A stretch of 64,000 bases of DNA from Dehalococcoidia bacterium (GCA_963665775.2 CAXXTF010000002.1:1120001-1184000), one strand, 5' to 3'. Shown: positions 1-10,079, counted from the stretch's first letter. The notes: generated by a model from the letters alone, not told the origin. Numbers and translations are program-made.

Positions 1-477
1 GCGGTACATCCAGAGTTGAACGCCGGGCCCGACGAGCTGGGCGATGTCCGAATCCAGGCTGACGAGGGTCGTGTCGACCCCTTGTTCCGCGGCCTGGCGG
101 GAGAGGGTACCCAGGAGATCGTCGGCCTCGTAATCCGCCAGCTCGTAGATGGGGATGCCGAAGGCCTCGATGAGCTGGCGGCAGCGTCCCATCTGAGCAC
201 GGAGCTCGTCGGGCATGGGCGGGCGGTGAGCCTTGTAAGTCTCGGTGATCCGGTTGCGGAATGTGACCTCGCTAAGGTCCATGGCGACGGCGACGTGAGT
301 GGGCTTCAGCTCCTGGAGGACGGAGAGGAGGGTGCCGGCGAAGCCATAGACGGCGGAGACCACTTCACCCGTACTCTTGACGGTGAGGGGCTGCGCCTTC
401 TCAAAGGCGTGGAAGGCGCGGTGAATAAGGCCATGGCCGTCTATGAGTACGAGGCGGGCCTCAGCTTGGGGGCTCAC
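1..477 (-). CDS. polA: DNA polymerase I, N-terminal 5'-3' exonuclease domain (partial, runs off window start)
   Basis: Manual minus-strand translation from GTG 477: MSPQAEARLVLIDGHGLIHRAFHA...VYGF...TFR...YKAHRPPMPDEL..Q...YEADDLLGTL...SLDSDIAQLV. These are the classic PolI 5' nuclease motifs. Not in the ORF track. Confidence 0.93.
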   Translation of the reverse strand, partial: MSPQAEARLVLIDGHGLIHRAFHAFEKAQPLTVKSTGEVVSAVYGFAGTLLSVLQELKPTHVAVAMDLSEVTFRNRITETYKAHRPPMPDELRAQMGRCRQLIEAFGIPIYELADYEADDLLGTLSRQAAEQGVDTTLVSLDSDIAQLVGPGVQLWMYR

Positions 478-685
478 GAGGCGATTATAGCACCGCGGGC
501 GAAGCCGGCACTTCATCACCGCCGTCGCAGGCAGCGCCAAGCGCCAGTAACATTACGACCGGCGCCAGAGCGAATAGTCGCATGGAAGCCGCTTTCACGT
601 TGGCAGTATAACGCGGGGGCAGCGCCCGAGATACGCTCCCCATTCGTTGACGGCAGCTCTGGAAAGACCTATCATCGGCTCAATC

Positions 686-1552
686 ATGACAGACCTCACG
701 TACGACAGCATCGAGGTGGGCAGCGAGTTCGGCCCCTGGCAGTACCCCCTACAAGAGCGTATCGCGCGGCACCTGGAGGCGGTGGAGAACAGCTTCTCCT
801 GGCATCGGGAGAAGTCCCCCTGGGGCCCGCCCGTGGCTCCGCCGGCCATTCTCACGATCGCCACCCTGCGCTTCCTGGACTCGATCGGACCATTGCCGCC
901 GGGCACCGTGCACGCCGAACAGGAGCTCGAGCTCATCTCTGTCCTGCGGCTGGACCGGCGCCTCGTCGGCTACGGGCGGTTCGTGGACAAGTACGCGGTA
1001 GAGGGACGCCGCTACGTCGTGTTCGAGGCACGATACCGAGCCGAGACCGGCCTGATCATCGGCCACTCCCGCGCCAAGATCGCCTTCCCAGAGCAGGGGA
1101 AGGCGTCAGAGACGGGAAAAGAGAAAGAGGCAACGGGCCCGGGAGAGCTGCCCGCCATCTCACGAACGCTGACACAGGAGAGTATAACGGGCTACTCGGA
1201 GGACTCAGCCAGCGCCTTACGCGGGCAGTCGATCCACCTGCAGCCAGAGGTGGCGAAGGAGGCGGGCTACGGAGCGACGGTGGCCGAGGAGCTGATGTCC
1301 GCGGACTACATATCGGAGCTGATGACGGGCGTATTCGGACAGGGATGGCTGCTGACCGGCCGAATGTCGCTCGCCTTCGTGCGACCGGCCCTGTGCGGTG
1401 ACACCCTGACGGCCAACGGTCGGGTGACGGAGCGGATCTACGAGGGATCCTTCACACGGCACGTTTACCAGGTGTGGTGCGAGAACCAGCGTGGAGAGAT
1501 GGTGGCCGTGGGCACGGCCAGCGGCCTGCTGCCGAGCGCGGGCGAAAAGTAG
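686..1552 (+). CDS. Double hot-dog fold MaoC-like (R)-specific hydratase/dehydratase
   Basis: Two MaoC-like halves (SPWGPPVAPP; SIHLQPEVAKEAGYGATVA..FVRPALCGDTL). ATG 686 preferred over the track start at 647. Confidence 0.75.
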   Translation: MTDLTYDSIEVGSEFGPWQYPLQERIARHLEAVENSFSWHREKSPWGPPVAPPAILTIATLRFLDSIGPLPPGTVHAEQELELISVLRLDRRLVGYGRFVDKYAVEGRRYVVFEARYRAETGLIIGHSRAKIAFPEQGKASETGKEKEATGPGELPAISRTLTQESITGYSEDSASALRGQSIHLQPEVAKEAGYGATVAEELMSADYISELMTGVFGQGWLLTGRMSLAFVRPALCGDTLTANGRVTERIYEGSFTRHVYQVWCENQRGEMVAVGTASGLLPSAGEK

Positions 1553-1723
1553 TCACTCCACCTTCGCCATTCGTGCTAGAATACGTGTCGCCCTCTCAAC
1601 GGCAGTAGCCCACAATAGCGAGCACCGCCTGCTACCCCTGGGAACAGTTGAGCGCTCTTTCCCCCAGACTTGACCACACCATCGCACTCCTCCGTATCGG
1701 CAGTGCGAAACAGCAACTAGACG

Positions 1724-2992
1724 TTGAGTAGCCGAAGACAGGTCTTCTATGGATGGTGGCTGCTGGCCGGGTCGGTGGTTGCCATGGCCGTGGGAAGCGG
1801 GGTCTCCCTCTGGTCCTTTGGGCTGTACATCGGCCCCCTGGAGGAAGAGTTCGGCTGGTCGCGAGCGGAGGTATCGCTGGGCTTTTCCGCCTCTTTACTC
1901 ATCGGCGGCCTGTCCAGCCCATTTATCGGCAAATGGATTGACATCCGGGGCCCCAGGCTGGTGATCATTGTGGGTGCGGCCCTGACTGCTGCCTCCTACG
2001 GGCTCCTCGCCACCACGAGGGAACTCTGGCAGTGGTACGTCTTCCTATCGGTCAACGCCCTATTCCGGCAGATGATGTTCTTCATCCCCTTCCAGGCGCT
2101 GATCTCCCGCTGGTTTGAGCGCAAACGGGGCATTGCGCTGGGTATCCTGGGCACGGGGTTCTCCATGGGCGGCTTTGTGGTCGTGCCCGTGCTGCGGCTG
2201 ATCATCGACAGCGCTGGTTGGGAGGCCGCCTTTATCGTCTCCGGCATCGTCATCGGCGCAGTGTTCGTGCCGCTGGGGCTGTTCCTCGTCCGCGACAGCC
2301 CGGCGGATGTGGGCGCCGCTCCCGACGGGGTGCTCCTCGCCAAGGATGAAGCTCCGCAACCTCAGACCCCGACCGGCCTGAGCCTGGGACAGGCGTTGCG
2401 GACGCCGCTCTTCTGGACACTGTCGGTAGCCCTGACGCTGTTTTTCTACGGTGTATTCGGTTGGATAGTGCACCAGGTGCCGTTCTATGAGTCGATCGGG
2501 CTCTCGCGGGGCGTGGCGGCGGCGCTCGTATCCGCAGCGGCTGGCCTTGGCGTCCTCTCGCGACTGGCGTTCGGCCTGCTGGCGGACCGCATGCCACGCA
2601 TCGAGAAGGCGGCAATGGGGCTGCTCGCCTTCCTCATCGCCGGGATGACCGTACTCCTCCTGAACTCGGGAGCGGCTGGCATCGTAGTCTTTATTATTTT
2701 CTGGGTCGTGGGCAGCAGCGGCGGCCCCCTGCTGGAGCCGCTGCTCATTACCCGCGCCTTCGGGTTGTCCCATTTCGGGGCGATCCTAGGAGCGTTCGTG
2801 GTGATCGAAACCGTCGGCTTCATCGCCAGTCCCACCATCGCCGCCGCCATCTTCGATGCGACCGGCTCATACGACCTCGTCCTGGCGATGTTCGCGGGAA
2901 CCTTCGCAGCCTCAATCGCCCTCTTCTACCTGGCCGCGCGCCTGCCCTTTCCCTCGATTCCGCAGCCTGAGCCGGTTCCCGCCACCCCCTAG
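1724..2992 (+). CDS. MFS transporter (OFA/monocarboxylate-like)
   Basis: About 12 hydrophobic segments; FYGWW N-terminus; GKWIDIRGPR motif A; SRWFERKRGIALG. Confidence 0.9.
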   Translation: MSSRRQVFYGWWLLAGSVVAMAVGSGVSLWSFGLYIGPLEEEFGWSRAEVSLGFSASLLIGGLSSPFIGKWIDIRGPRLVIIVGAALTAASYGLLATTRELWQWYVFLSVNALFRQMMFFIPFQALISRWFERKRGIALGILGTGFSMGGFVVVPVLRLIIDSAGWEAAFIVSGIVIGAVFVPLGLFLVRDSPADVGAAPDGVLLAKDEAPQPQTPTGLSLGQALRTPLFWTLSVALTLFFYGVFGWIVHQVPFYESIGLSRGVAAALVSAAAGLGVLSRLAFGLLADRMPRIEKAAMGLLAFLIAGMTVLLLNSGAAGIVVFIIFWVVGSSGGPLLEPLLITRAFGLSHFGAILGAFVVIETVGFIASPTIAAAIFDATGSYDLVLAMFAGTFAASIALFYLAARLPFPSIPQPEPVPATP

Positions 2993-3160
2993 CCCCGCCA
3001 CTCCCGTAGCCCTCGTCCAGCCAGGGCGCGCAAGCCAGGACCCGGCTGTTCGTTCATGCTTCGCCCCCTTGCTAACCGGTCGATCATAAATTGACAACGA
3101 TTATACTTCTGGTGCGATGGCGCAGCGAACTCCACATTCGACCGCTGCTATAATGCTCTC

Positions 3161-3613
3161 GTGACCACCATCTCCGAATACGGGGAGCACTTCCGGGAGG
3201 CCTTCGCCGCCCTTCACGGAGGCCGTCCCGATGACCCTGAGGGCGCTGTCGAGCGCGAGCCGGCTGAGTCGTTGGAGGAGTTCCTGACGCGCAGCCGCGG
3301 TGAAGCGCTGGGCGGGCTTCAGAGGCGGCTAACGGCCCTGGCGCCTCCACCGCCGCTGCGCAAGGCCCACGACGTCCTGGTACGCCTCCTGGAAAGCTCC
3401 GAGGAGGCGGACGCCGCCCTGACGGCACAGGTGGCGGCGTACCGCTGCGACCAGTTCCAGGAGAGCATCGCTCACTCCGACCGGCTGCACAGCCTCGTGG
3501 CGGAGAGCGCGCGGCTGGACCGGGAGCTGATCCTGGCGCTACAGGAGGCAGAGTCGAACCGCAGTGGCACCCTGGCCGAACTGGGGCTGGCCGATATTGT
3601 ATCGCCCTCCTGA
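3161..3613 (+). CDS. Hypothetical helical protein
   Basis: 150-aa ORF with typical codon usage; extended -10 (TGcTATAAT) lies 6 nt before the GTG. Confidence 0.7.
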   Translation: MTTISEYGEHFREAFAALHGGRPDDPEGAVEREPAESLEEFLTRSRGEALGGLQRRLTALAPPPPLRKAHDVLVRLLESSEEADAALTAQVAAYRCDQFQESIAHSDRLHSLVAESARLDRELILALQEAESNRSGTLAELGLADIVSPS

Positions 3614-3689
3614 ATGCACTAGCATTGCGGCGTAGCGGTACGGAGCCCGCCACGAGCGCTCGGAGTTTTAACCAGCAGGGAGTGATCTC

Positions 3690-5333
3690 ATGGCCCTAGT
3701 TGACGGCGGCGACCTGGTCGTTCGCGCCATCAAGCAGGAAGGCGTGGACACCATCTTCACCCTCTGCGGCGGACACGTCCAGGCGGTCTACGACGCCTGC
3801 CTGGACGAGAACGTCCGCGTCATCGACGTCCGGCACGAGCAGGCAGCGGGCCACGCCGCCGAAGGCTGGTCGCGGGCGACGCGGGGCTGCGGCGTGGCGG
3901 TGCTGACCGCCGGCCCCGGCGTCACCGACACCGTCACGGCCATCGCCAACGCCTACCAGAACCGCTCGCCTATGCTCGTCATCGCCGGCCGCAGCCCCCT
4001 CTCACGATTCGAGATGGGGGCGCTGCAGGAGATGGATCAGGTGGAGCTGGTGCGGCCCATCACCAAATGGGCCCGCTGTGTCTATGAGACGGCGCGGATC
4101 CCGGAATACATCGCCGCCGGATTCCGGGCCGCCCTCACGGGCCGCCGGGGCCCGGCCTTTCTGGAGATCCCCGTAGACATCCTGTTCCGCAAGGTTAACG
4201 AGGATGATGTCTATTTCCCGGCCAGCTACCGGCCGCAGGGCCTGATCTATCCAGACCCGAAGGCGATCGGGCGGGCGGCGGAAGCGCTATCGAAAGCGGA
4301 ACGACCGGTCGTGGTGGCCGGCTCGGAGGTCTACTGGCAGGAGGCCCACGAAGAGCTGCGCCGGCTCGTGGAGCTTACACGGACCCCCGTCTACTTGAAC
4401 GCTATGGGTAGAGGCTCCCTGAGTCAGGAGCACCCTCTCTTCTTCAGCCGCAGTCGGCGGCGTGCCCTGAGCGAGGCGGACGCCATCGTTATTATCGGGA
4501 CCCAGATGGACTTTCGATTGGGCTACGGCAAGCGGTTCAACCCGGGGGCGACGACGGTGCAGATCGACGCCGACCCCCAGCAGCTGGCCCGAAACCGGGA
4601 CATAGACGTGCCCATCGAGGCGGACACCAAGCCCTCCCTGGAGGCGCTAGCAGGGAAATTGGCCGGTTACAGCTCCGACCACCAGGAATGGCTGACCAGC
4701 CTCCGTAACGAGGAAGAGAAGGCCCGCGCCCAAACGGAGGAGTGGATGAACTCGGAGCGGGTGCCCATCCACCCCCTCCGGCTCTGTCGCGACATCGCCG
4801 AGTTCGTGGATGAGAACACGATAGTGGTCGGGGACGGAGGCGACATCGTGACCCTGGCGGCGCGGGTGTTGCCTATCAATCAGCCGGGGCAGTGGTACGA
4901 CCCCGGCCCCATGGGGACGCTGGGGGTGGGGACCGGCTTCTGCATGGCCATCCACAGCGTCCACCCGCAGAAGCGCATCCTCATGGTGAACGGGGACGGG
5001 ACCTTCGGGCTCAACGGCTTCGAATTCGACACCTTCGTCCGGTTAAACATGCCCATAGTCTCCGTCGTGGGAAACGACCAGCAGTGGGGGAACATCGCCG
5101 TGGGCCAGCGGATGATGTACGGCAAAGAGCGGATGGTATCTACAACCCTCAGCGATAACGCCCGCTACGATAGGGTGGTCGAGGCGCTGGGCGGCCACGG
5201 CGAGTTCGTTACCGAGCCAGACCAGATTCGGCCGGCCATCGAGAGAGCCTTCGCCTCCGGGAAGCCAGCCTGCGTCAACGTGATCATGGACCCGGAGCCG
5301 CCGGGAATCATGGGCGGCACCGACATCATGTAA
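3690..5333 (+). CDS. Thiamine-diphosphate enzyme, acetolactate synthase-like / 2-hydroxyacyl-CoA lyase family
   Basis: RHEQAAGHAAEG, TAGPG, DPGPMGTLGVG and the ThDP motif GDGTFG...GND. Confidence 0.88.
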   Translation: MALVDGGDLVVRAIKQEGVDTIFTLCGGHVQAVYDACLDENVRVIDVRHEQAAGHAAEGWSRATRGCGVAVLTAGPGVTDTVTAIANAYQNRSPMLVIAGRSPLSRFEMGALQEMDQVELVRPITKWARCVYETARIPEYIAAGFRAALTGRRGPAFLEIPVDILFRKVNEDDVYFPASYRPQGLIYPDPKAIGRAAEALSKAERPVVVAGSEVYWQEAHEELRRLVELTRTPVYLNAMGRGSLSQEHPLFFSRSRRRALSEADAIVIIGTQMDFRLGYGKRFNPGATTVQIDADPQQLARNRDIDVPIEADTKPSLEALAGKLAGYSSDHQEWLTSLRNEEEKARAQTEEWMNSERVPIHPLRLCRDIAEFVDENTIVVGDGGDIVTLAARVLPINQPGQWYDPGPMGTLGVGTGFCMAIHSVHPQKRILMVNGDGTFGLNGFEFDTFVRLNMPIVSVVGNDQQWGNIAVGQRMMYGKERMVSTTLSDNARYDRVVEALGGHGEFVTEPDQIRPAIERAFASGKPACVNVIMDPEPPGIMGGTDIM

Positions 5334-5354
5334 CGGGGTCAGCCGCGGACTGAG

Positions 5355-5404
5355 ACAGATGATCACAGACCAGATTTAATCTGAGCCTATCTGTGCCCAT
5401 CTGT
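5355..5404. repeat. Intergenic inverted repeat (ACAGAT...ATCTGT type), terminator/REP-like hairpin
   Basis: ACAGATGATCACAGA pairs with TCTGTGCCCATCTGT (2 mismatches); inner CAGATT-T-AATCTG hairpin. Confidence 0.55.
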
Positions 5405-5447
5405 GACCCAAATGAAGGGGCCTGGTCGCTGCGCTATACTATATCCC

Positions 5448-5747
5448 ATGCAGGCGGGAGAGCGGCGACCAGGCGAGGGCGACGTTTCCGGACCCACCCG
5501 TGGTGACTTCACCGACTGGGATAATCCAGAGGACGAGTGGGAGGAAGCCGCAGACGAGTACGATGACGACGAAGCGTACGGAGAGATGGATCCTGACGAC
5601 CCGGACTACGACCTTTCGGAATCGGCCGGATACGCCGACCGGGAGCCGCCGAAGGGCCGGCCCTTCTTGCCGGAATGGTTCATAGTGGCCGTATCGCTGC
5701 TGCTGGTCCTGGCCCTGGTGCTACCCGCTCTGCGGCTGCTGAGCTGA
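5448..5747 (+). CDS. Small acidic protein with C-terminal transmembrane helix
   Basis: D/E-rich N-terminus and WFIVAVSLLLVLALVLPAL helix; TATACT 7 nt before the ATG. Confidence 0.65.
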   Translation: MQAGERRPGEGDVSGPTRGDFTDWDNPEDEWEEAADEYDDDEAYGEMDPDDPDYDLSESAGYADREPPKGRPFLPEWFIVAVSLLLVLALVLPALRLLS

Positions 5748-5951
5748 AGCCGCGGTCACGCCGCCGACCTCCTCGAGTTCGGTCTCCACATAGGAGTTGC
5801 CGTAGCGGTCGCGCTTGATCTCGGCGCGGCTGACCTGACCGTGGTGGAGGGTGTTCTCCTCCCAGTAGGACATCTTCTGCCCCACGAGAGTGGCAGCCAA
5901 CACCTTGAGCCCCTTCTCATCCATGGCGAAGCGAAGCTCTTTAATGGCCAT
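5721..5951 (-). CDS. Hypothetical protein
   Basis: 76-aa ORF with GAGGGA RBS, at the end of the lipid operon. Confidence 0.65.
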   Translation of the reverse strand: MAIKELRFAMDEKGLKVLAATLVGQKMSYWEENTLHHGQVSRAEIKRDRYGNSYVETELEEVGGVTAASAQQPQSG

Positions 5952-6044
5952 GCTTAATCCCTCACTTCGTAGTAGTCCACGATCATGATAGCGTACGCGA
6001 ATGTGGAGGCAAAGGGAGACCGTCAGCGGGGACGGATCGCGAGG

Positions 6045-6962
6045 TCATTCGGGCCGCGGTTCCGGGAGCGGCGAGCCCTCGTCTGGCCACATGTCTCGGA
6101 AGACGTACCACTGCTCGGGATAGCGCCGCACGAACCGCTCGAAGACGTTGACGATGGCCTGGGTGATCCGGCGGGCGTCCTCCTCCGGGTCGAGATCACG
6201 GTTCGAGAGGATGGGAGGAGTGACATGGGCGAGATAGCGGCCGCCCGGCCTGCGGACGGCGAGCCCGAAGACGATAGGAGCGCCGCTGAGTCGGGCCAGC
6301 CGCGCCGGGGCCACGGGAAAGACCGTCTCCTGACCGAAGAAGCTGATGGGGATGCCGCCTCCCCTGTCGATGCCCACATCGACGACCATGGCGACCATCT
6401 CCTTCTTGCGGAGGGCACGCAGAAGCGCGATGCCGGACCTCGTAGGCGTCAAGAGCGTGATCCCCATCCAAGCGCGGCAGGCTTCCGCCCAGTCCATGAG
6501 GCACTTCGGGCGTAGCCGCTCCGATACGGCCGTAATCTTGTAGCCCCTGAGAACGGCGATGGATGCCGCGATCTCCGCGCTGCCCATGTGGGCGCTGGTG
6601 AAGATGATGCCGCGGCCGTACGACTCTGCCTCGGCGAAGTGCTCCTCGCCCTCGACCTCCATCCGCTCCAGGGTAGACTCGGTATCCCAACCCTGGACGT
6701 GAATCATCTCCACGATATACTGCCCAAACTGCCGGAAGCAGTCCCGGGATAGGCGACGGACAACCGGGTCGTCAACGCTCTGGCCAAGAATGCGCGCGTA
6801 GTTACGGCGAGCCTTCTCACGCTTGCCCTTGAAGATGGCATGGGCCAAGTCGGCGAAGGGGAGCGACAGCCGGCAGGCGAAGCCAAAGGGGAAGATGGGA
6901 ATAGCAGTGCGATTGAAAACATAAAGCCCGGGGCCGGGAATCCAGCTCGATCGTTGGTTCAT
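6045..6962 (-). CDS. Lysophospholipid acyltransferase family (LpxL/PatA-like)
   Basis: SAHMGSAE (Hx4E), FFG...FPVAPARLA, RRYPEQWY. Confidence 0.88.
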   Translation of the reverse strand: MNQRSSWIPGPGLYVFNRTAIPIFPFGFACRLSLPFADLAHAIFKGKREKARRNYARILGQSVDDPVVRRLSRDCFRQFGQYIVEMIHVQGWDTESTLERMEVEGEEHFAEAESYGRGIIFTSAHMGSAEIAASIAVLRGYKITAVSERLRPKCLMDWAEACRAWMGITLLTPTRSGIALLRALRKKEMVAMVVDVGIDRGGGIPISFFGQETVFPVAPARLARLSGAPIVFGLAVRRPGGRYLAHVTPPILSNRDLDPEEDARRITQAIVNVFERFVRRYPEQWYVFRDMWPDEGSPLPEPRPE

Positions 6963-6970
6963 CGGAGCCG

Positions 6971-7444
6971 CTAGCCCCTCGCCGGCTGCCCTTCAGCGCG
7001 GCCCAGATAGAAGGCCTCTAGCTGGCGAGCGCGCTCCTGCGAGACCCGCAGGAAGACGGCGTTCGCCTCGGCCAGCAACCGTCCCTCAGGGCTACGAATC
7101 GCCGCCGCCACCTCTAGCCGACGACCGCGATCTCGCGTGACCTCACCCCTGACGGTGAGCTCCTGATCGAGGGGGAGCGGCCGCCGGTACCTGACCTCCA
7201 TCCTGGCCGTCACAGCCCAGATGCCGGCGGCGAACACCGCCCAACCCATCGCCTCGTCCAGGGCAGCCGCAGTGATGCCGCCGTGGACGAGGCCGGGGAA
7301 ACCCTGGTGCAGGGTGCGGGCCTGGAACCGACCAACCGCCGTCGTCCCCTCGACGGCGAACTCGATCTGGAGCCCCTCGGGATTGGCTTCGCCGCACCCG
7401 TAGCACCAGCGACGAGGGCTATCCACCGGCTCCTGTGTCACCAT
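6971..7444 (-). CDS. PaaI-family thioesterase
   Basis: CYGCGEANPEGL, HQGFPGLVHGGITAAALDEAM, VTARMEVRYRRP. Confidence 0.88.
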   Translation of the reverse strand: MVTQEPVDSPRRWCYGCGEANPEGLQIEFAVEGTTAVGRFQARTLHQGFPGLVHGGITAAALDEAMGWAVFAAGIWAVTARMEVRYRRPLPLDQELTVRGEVTRDRGRRLEVAAAIRSPEGRLLAEANAVFLRVSQERARQLEAFYLGRAEGQPARG

Positions 7445-8675
7445 GGTACTTCCGGAAGGCGATAACACCGTTCTGCCCCCCGAAGCCGAAGCCGTTGACC
7501 AGGACCACCTGCACCGGGGCCCGGCGGGCGGTCAGGGGCACGTAGTCCAGATCGCATTCCGGGTCCGGGTTCTCCAGGTTGATCGTGGGGGGGATGAGGC
7601 CCTCGTCCAGAGCCAGAATAGCGGCCAGGGCAGACACGGCGCCGGCCGCGCCAAGCTGGTGTCCAACCATGGACTTGGGGGCAGTGACGGCCAGGTTATA
7701 GGCGTGCTTCCCCAGGGCCCGCTTGATCGCGACGGTCTCGGCGACATCGTTGAGCGCGGTACTGGTACCGTGAGCGACGATACAGTCCACCTCTTCTGCT
7801 CTCAGGCCAGAGGCCTTGAGGGCGCGCTCTATGGCCAGGGCGGCGGCGTCGCCGGTGGGATCGGGGGCGGTGATGTGATAGGCATCGCAGGTGGTGGCGC
7901 CGCCGCAGAGTTCGGCGTAGATACGCACGCCGCGGGCCAGGGCGTGCTCCAGACGCTCCACGACCATGGCGGCGGCCCCCTCACCGTAGACGAAACCGTC
8001 CCGATCGAGATCGAAGGGGCGACAGGCGCGCTCGGGCTCGTCGTTGCGAGAGGACAGCGCCCGCACGTTGGCCATGGCGGAGACGGCGACAGGCACGATG
8101 TTGGCCTCCGCACCACCGACGATCGCAACGTCCACCTCACCCAGGTCGATGAGCCGCTTGGCGTCGACGAAGGCGAAGATGCCGGCGGCGCAGGCGGCGA
8201 CGGAGGTGATGGTGGGGCCACGGATGCCCAGGTTAATGGCGACCTGGCAGGAGGCCATATTCGGGGCCATGGCCGGCACGGTGAAGGGGCTGACCCGGGA
8301 AGGACCCTTCTCCAGGAGAACGGTCTGGCTATCGGCGATGGCGTCCACGCCCCCGCCGCCGGTGTTCATGATTACCGCGGTGTCGTCGCGGTTGCTATCG
8401 TCGATAACAAGGCCGGCGTGCTCCGCGGCTTGGCGGGCGGCCGCCACCGCGAACTGGGAGAAGCGAGCCGCCCGCCGCGCGGCCTTCGCCTCCATGTATC
8501 GTCTGGGGTCCCAATCCTTGACCTCGGCGGCGATCTGACAGTCCATGTCAGCCGGGTCAAAGAGGGTGATGCGCCGGACGCCGGAGACACCGGCGGTCAG
8601 GTTCGACCAAAACTCGTCCACGCTCTGACCGATGGGTGTGATACAGCCGAGGCCCGTGACTACCAACCTGGCCAT
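7419..8675 (-). CDS. fabF: Beta-ketoacyl-ACP synthase II
   Basis: RLVVTGLG, catalytic Cys (AACAAG), HGTST, GHQLGAAG, NGFGFGGQN. Confidence 0.93.
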   Translation of the reverse strand: MARLVVTGLGCITPIGQSVDEFWSNLTAGVSGVRRITLFDPADMDCQIAAEVKDWDPRRYMEAKAARRAARFSQFAVAAARQAAEHAGLVIDDSNRDDTAVIMNTGGGGVDAIADSQTVLLEKGPSRVSPFTVPAMAPNMASCQVAINLGIRGPTITSVAACAAGIFAFVDAKRLIDLGEVDVAIVGGAEANIVPVAVSAMANVRALSSRNDEPERACRPFDLDRDGFVYGEGAAAMVVERLEHALARGVRIYAELCGGATTCDAYHITAPDPTGDAAALAIERALKASGLRAEEVDCIVAHGTSTALNDVAETVAIKRALGKHAYNLAVTAPKSMVGHQLGAAGAVSALAAILALDEGLIPPTINLENPDPECDLDYVPLTARRAPVQVVLVNGFGFGGQNGVIAFRKYHGDTGAGG

Positions 8676-8727
8676 TAGCTAATCCCCCATTTAAACGATC
8701 CGGGCGGCGCCGGCCTGAGCGACACGA

Positions 8728-9141
8728 TCAAGCGACCACCTCAGCTTTAGCCGACAGCAGAACCTCGCCGTGCTGGTTACGGCACTCCACGGTGCAGAAA
8801 GTGCGGCCATTCTCCGTCCGTTCGACGCGGCCCGACGCTGTAACCGTGTCGCCGGGCCGGGCGGCAGTGCGAAAGCGCGCCTTGATCCGGCTGCTGGAGA
8901 GCCATCGCGATCCGAATGCCGCCGTCATCATCTCCGAGAGGTAGGCCAGGACGAGCATCCCATGGGCGATCGTGCCGCCGAACTGGGACTGGGCCGCAAA
9001 CTCCGGGTCCGTGTGCAGGGGGTTACCGTCCCCACCGGCGCGGGCATAGCGATCGATCTTCTCCTGGGTCAGCACTTTCGCTACGGAGGACAGCTCGCCC
9101 CCCACCTTCGGGCCTGCCTCCCGGTCAAACTGCTCGGTCAT
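8728..9141 (-). CDS. MaoC-family dehydratase (HadB-like catalytic subunit)
   Basis: YARAGGDGNPLHTDPEFA...IAHGML hydratase motif. Start reassigned to ATG 9141. Confidence 0.85.
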   Translation of the reverse strand: MTEQFDREAGPKVGGELSSVAKVLTQEKIDRYARAGGDGNPLHTDPEFAAQSQFGGTIAHGMLVLAYLSEMMTAAFGSRWLSSSRIKARFRTAARPGDTVTASGRVERTENGRTFCTVECRNQHGEVLLSAKAEVVA

Positions 9142-9146
9142 CGCTT

Positions 9147-9566
9147 TCAGGTCCGGCTCTCCTGGCCCTGATCCAGGGGCATGGTCACTGTAGTCCGACC
9201 CGTCATGACGAGAGCGAGAGCCTCGTCCTCGACCTTGAGATCGATCCTCATGATGACCCAACCCTGACGTTCGCCCCGGCTGGCGATCCGGCCAGCCGCC
9301 GAGAGCCGCTCGCCCATGCCCACCGGCCGGAAGAAGGCCACCTCTTGCCCCAAGTGGATAGCACCGGTGGGAAGCCTGGCGCTATCCAGGAGAGCGCGGA
9401 TGGAAAGGGCAGCCACGGCCATAGGGGGAACCATGTCCCGGCCCAGGCCAGCGATGGCTCCGTCCTCCACGGCTTCCGCATACTCGCGCACCCACTGTGA
9501 TGACAGGTGGAAGGCCACGGACGGGAACTCATGGCCTTTGGACAGCGCCTCCAGGTTCAGCGGCAT
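9147..9566 (-). CDS. MaoC N-terminal-type hot-dog protein (HadA/HadC-like)
   Basis: VREYAEAV..VPP..IHLGQEVAFFRPV..GERL; lacks the catalytic D..H motif. Confidence 0.75.
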   Translation of the reverse strand: MPLNLEALSKGHEFPSVAFHLSSQWVREYAEAVEDGAIAGLGRDMVPPMAVAALSIRALLDSARLPTGAIHLGQEVAFFRPVGMGERLSAAGRIASRGERQGWVIMRIDLKVEDEALALVMTGRTTVTMPLDQGQESRT

Positions 9567-9767
9567 TCGCCTTAACCGGCCCACCCAGCGAAGGGGCTCG
9601 CATCGATGATCGATATATGCCTCACGGGGTCGAGTAACCTCCGGTCTCTTGCTCCGCAGCGATGGCGGCTCGACCTCAGTATAAAGGATGAGGCGAGCCT
9701 TGCGGCAAGGGCCAAGCCGTACCGAAAGCGGCAGAGGCGTGCTAACATCAGATAAGAAAGCAGGTAC

Positions 9768-10079
9768 ATGCCAAAGGTAACCATCCAGCCCCTGAATCTG
9801 ACCATAGACGTGGAGGAGGGGGCCACGCTAATGGAGGCGGCCTGGCGTCACGGCCTGTACTGGCCCACCACCTGCGGCGGCCAGGGCATCTGCACCTCTT
9901 GCACCTGTAGCGTGGAAGATGGGGCCGAGAACCTGGAAGCCATGGGCCGCTCCGAGCGCAAGAGCCTGACCGCGGAGTTCAGCGAGGAAGCGCTCAGCCA
10001 GCGACGGCTACGTCTCGCCTGCCAGGCACGGGTACGTGGGGACGTGGCGGTCAGCAAGCGTGGAGTACGTCCGGCGTGA
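9768..10079 (+). CDS. 2Fe-2S ferredoxin
   Basis: CGGQGICTSC...RLACQ. Confidence 0.9.
   Translation: MPKVTIQPLNLTIDVEEGATLMEAAWRHGLYWPTTCGGQGICTSCTCSVEDGAENLEAMGRSERKSLTAEFSEEALSQRRLRLACQARVRGDVAVSKRGVRPA

Noticed and set aside
16-1401. 461-aa plus-strand ORF and other long antisense ORFs (7443-8678, 28854-30218, 36547-38007, 39335-41134, 57167-58336)
   Set aside because: Shadow frames of well-supported genes in high-GC DNA; no recognisable motifs.
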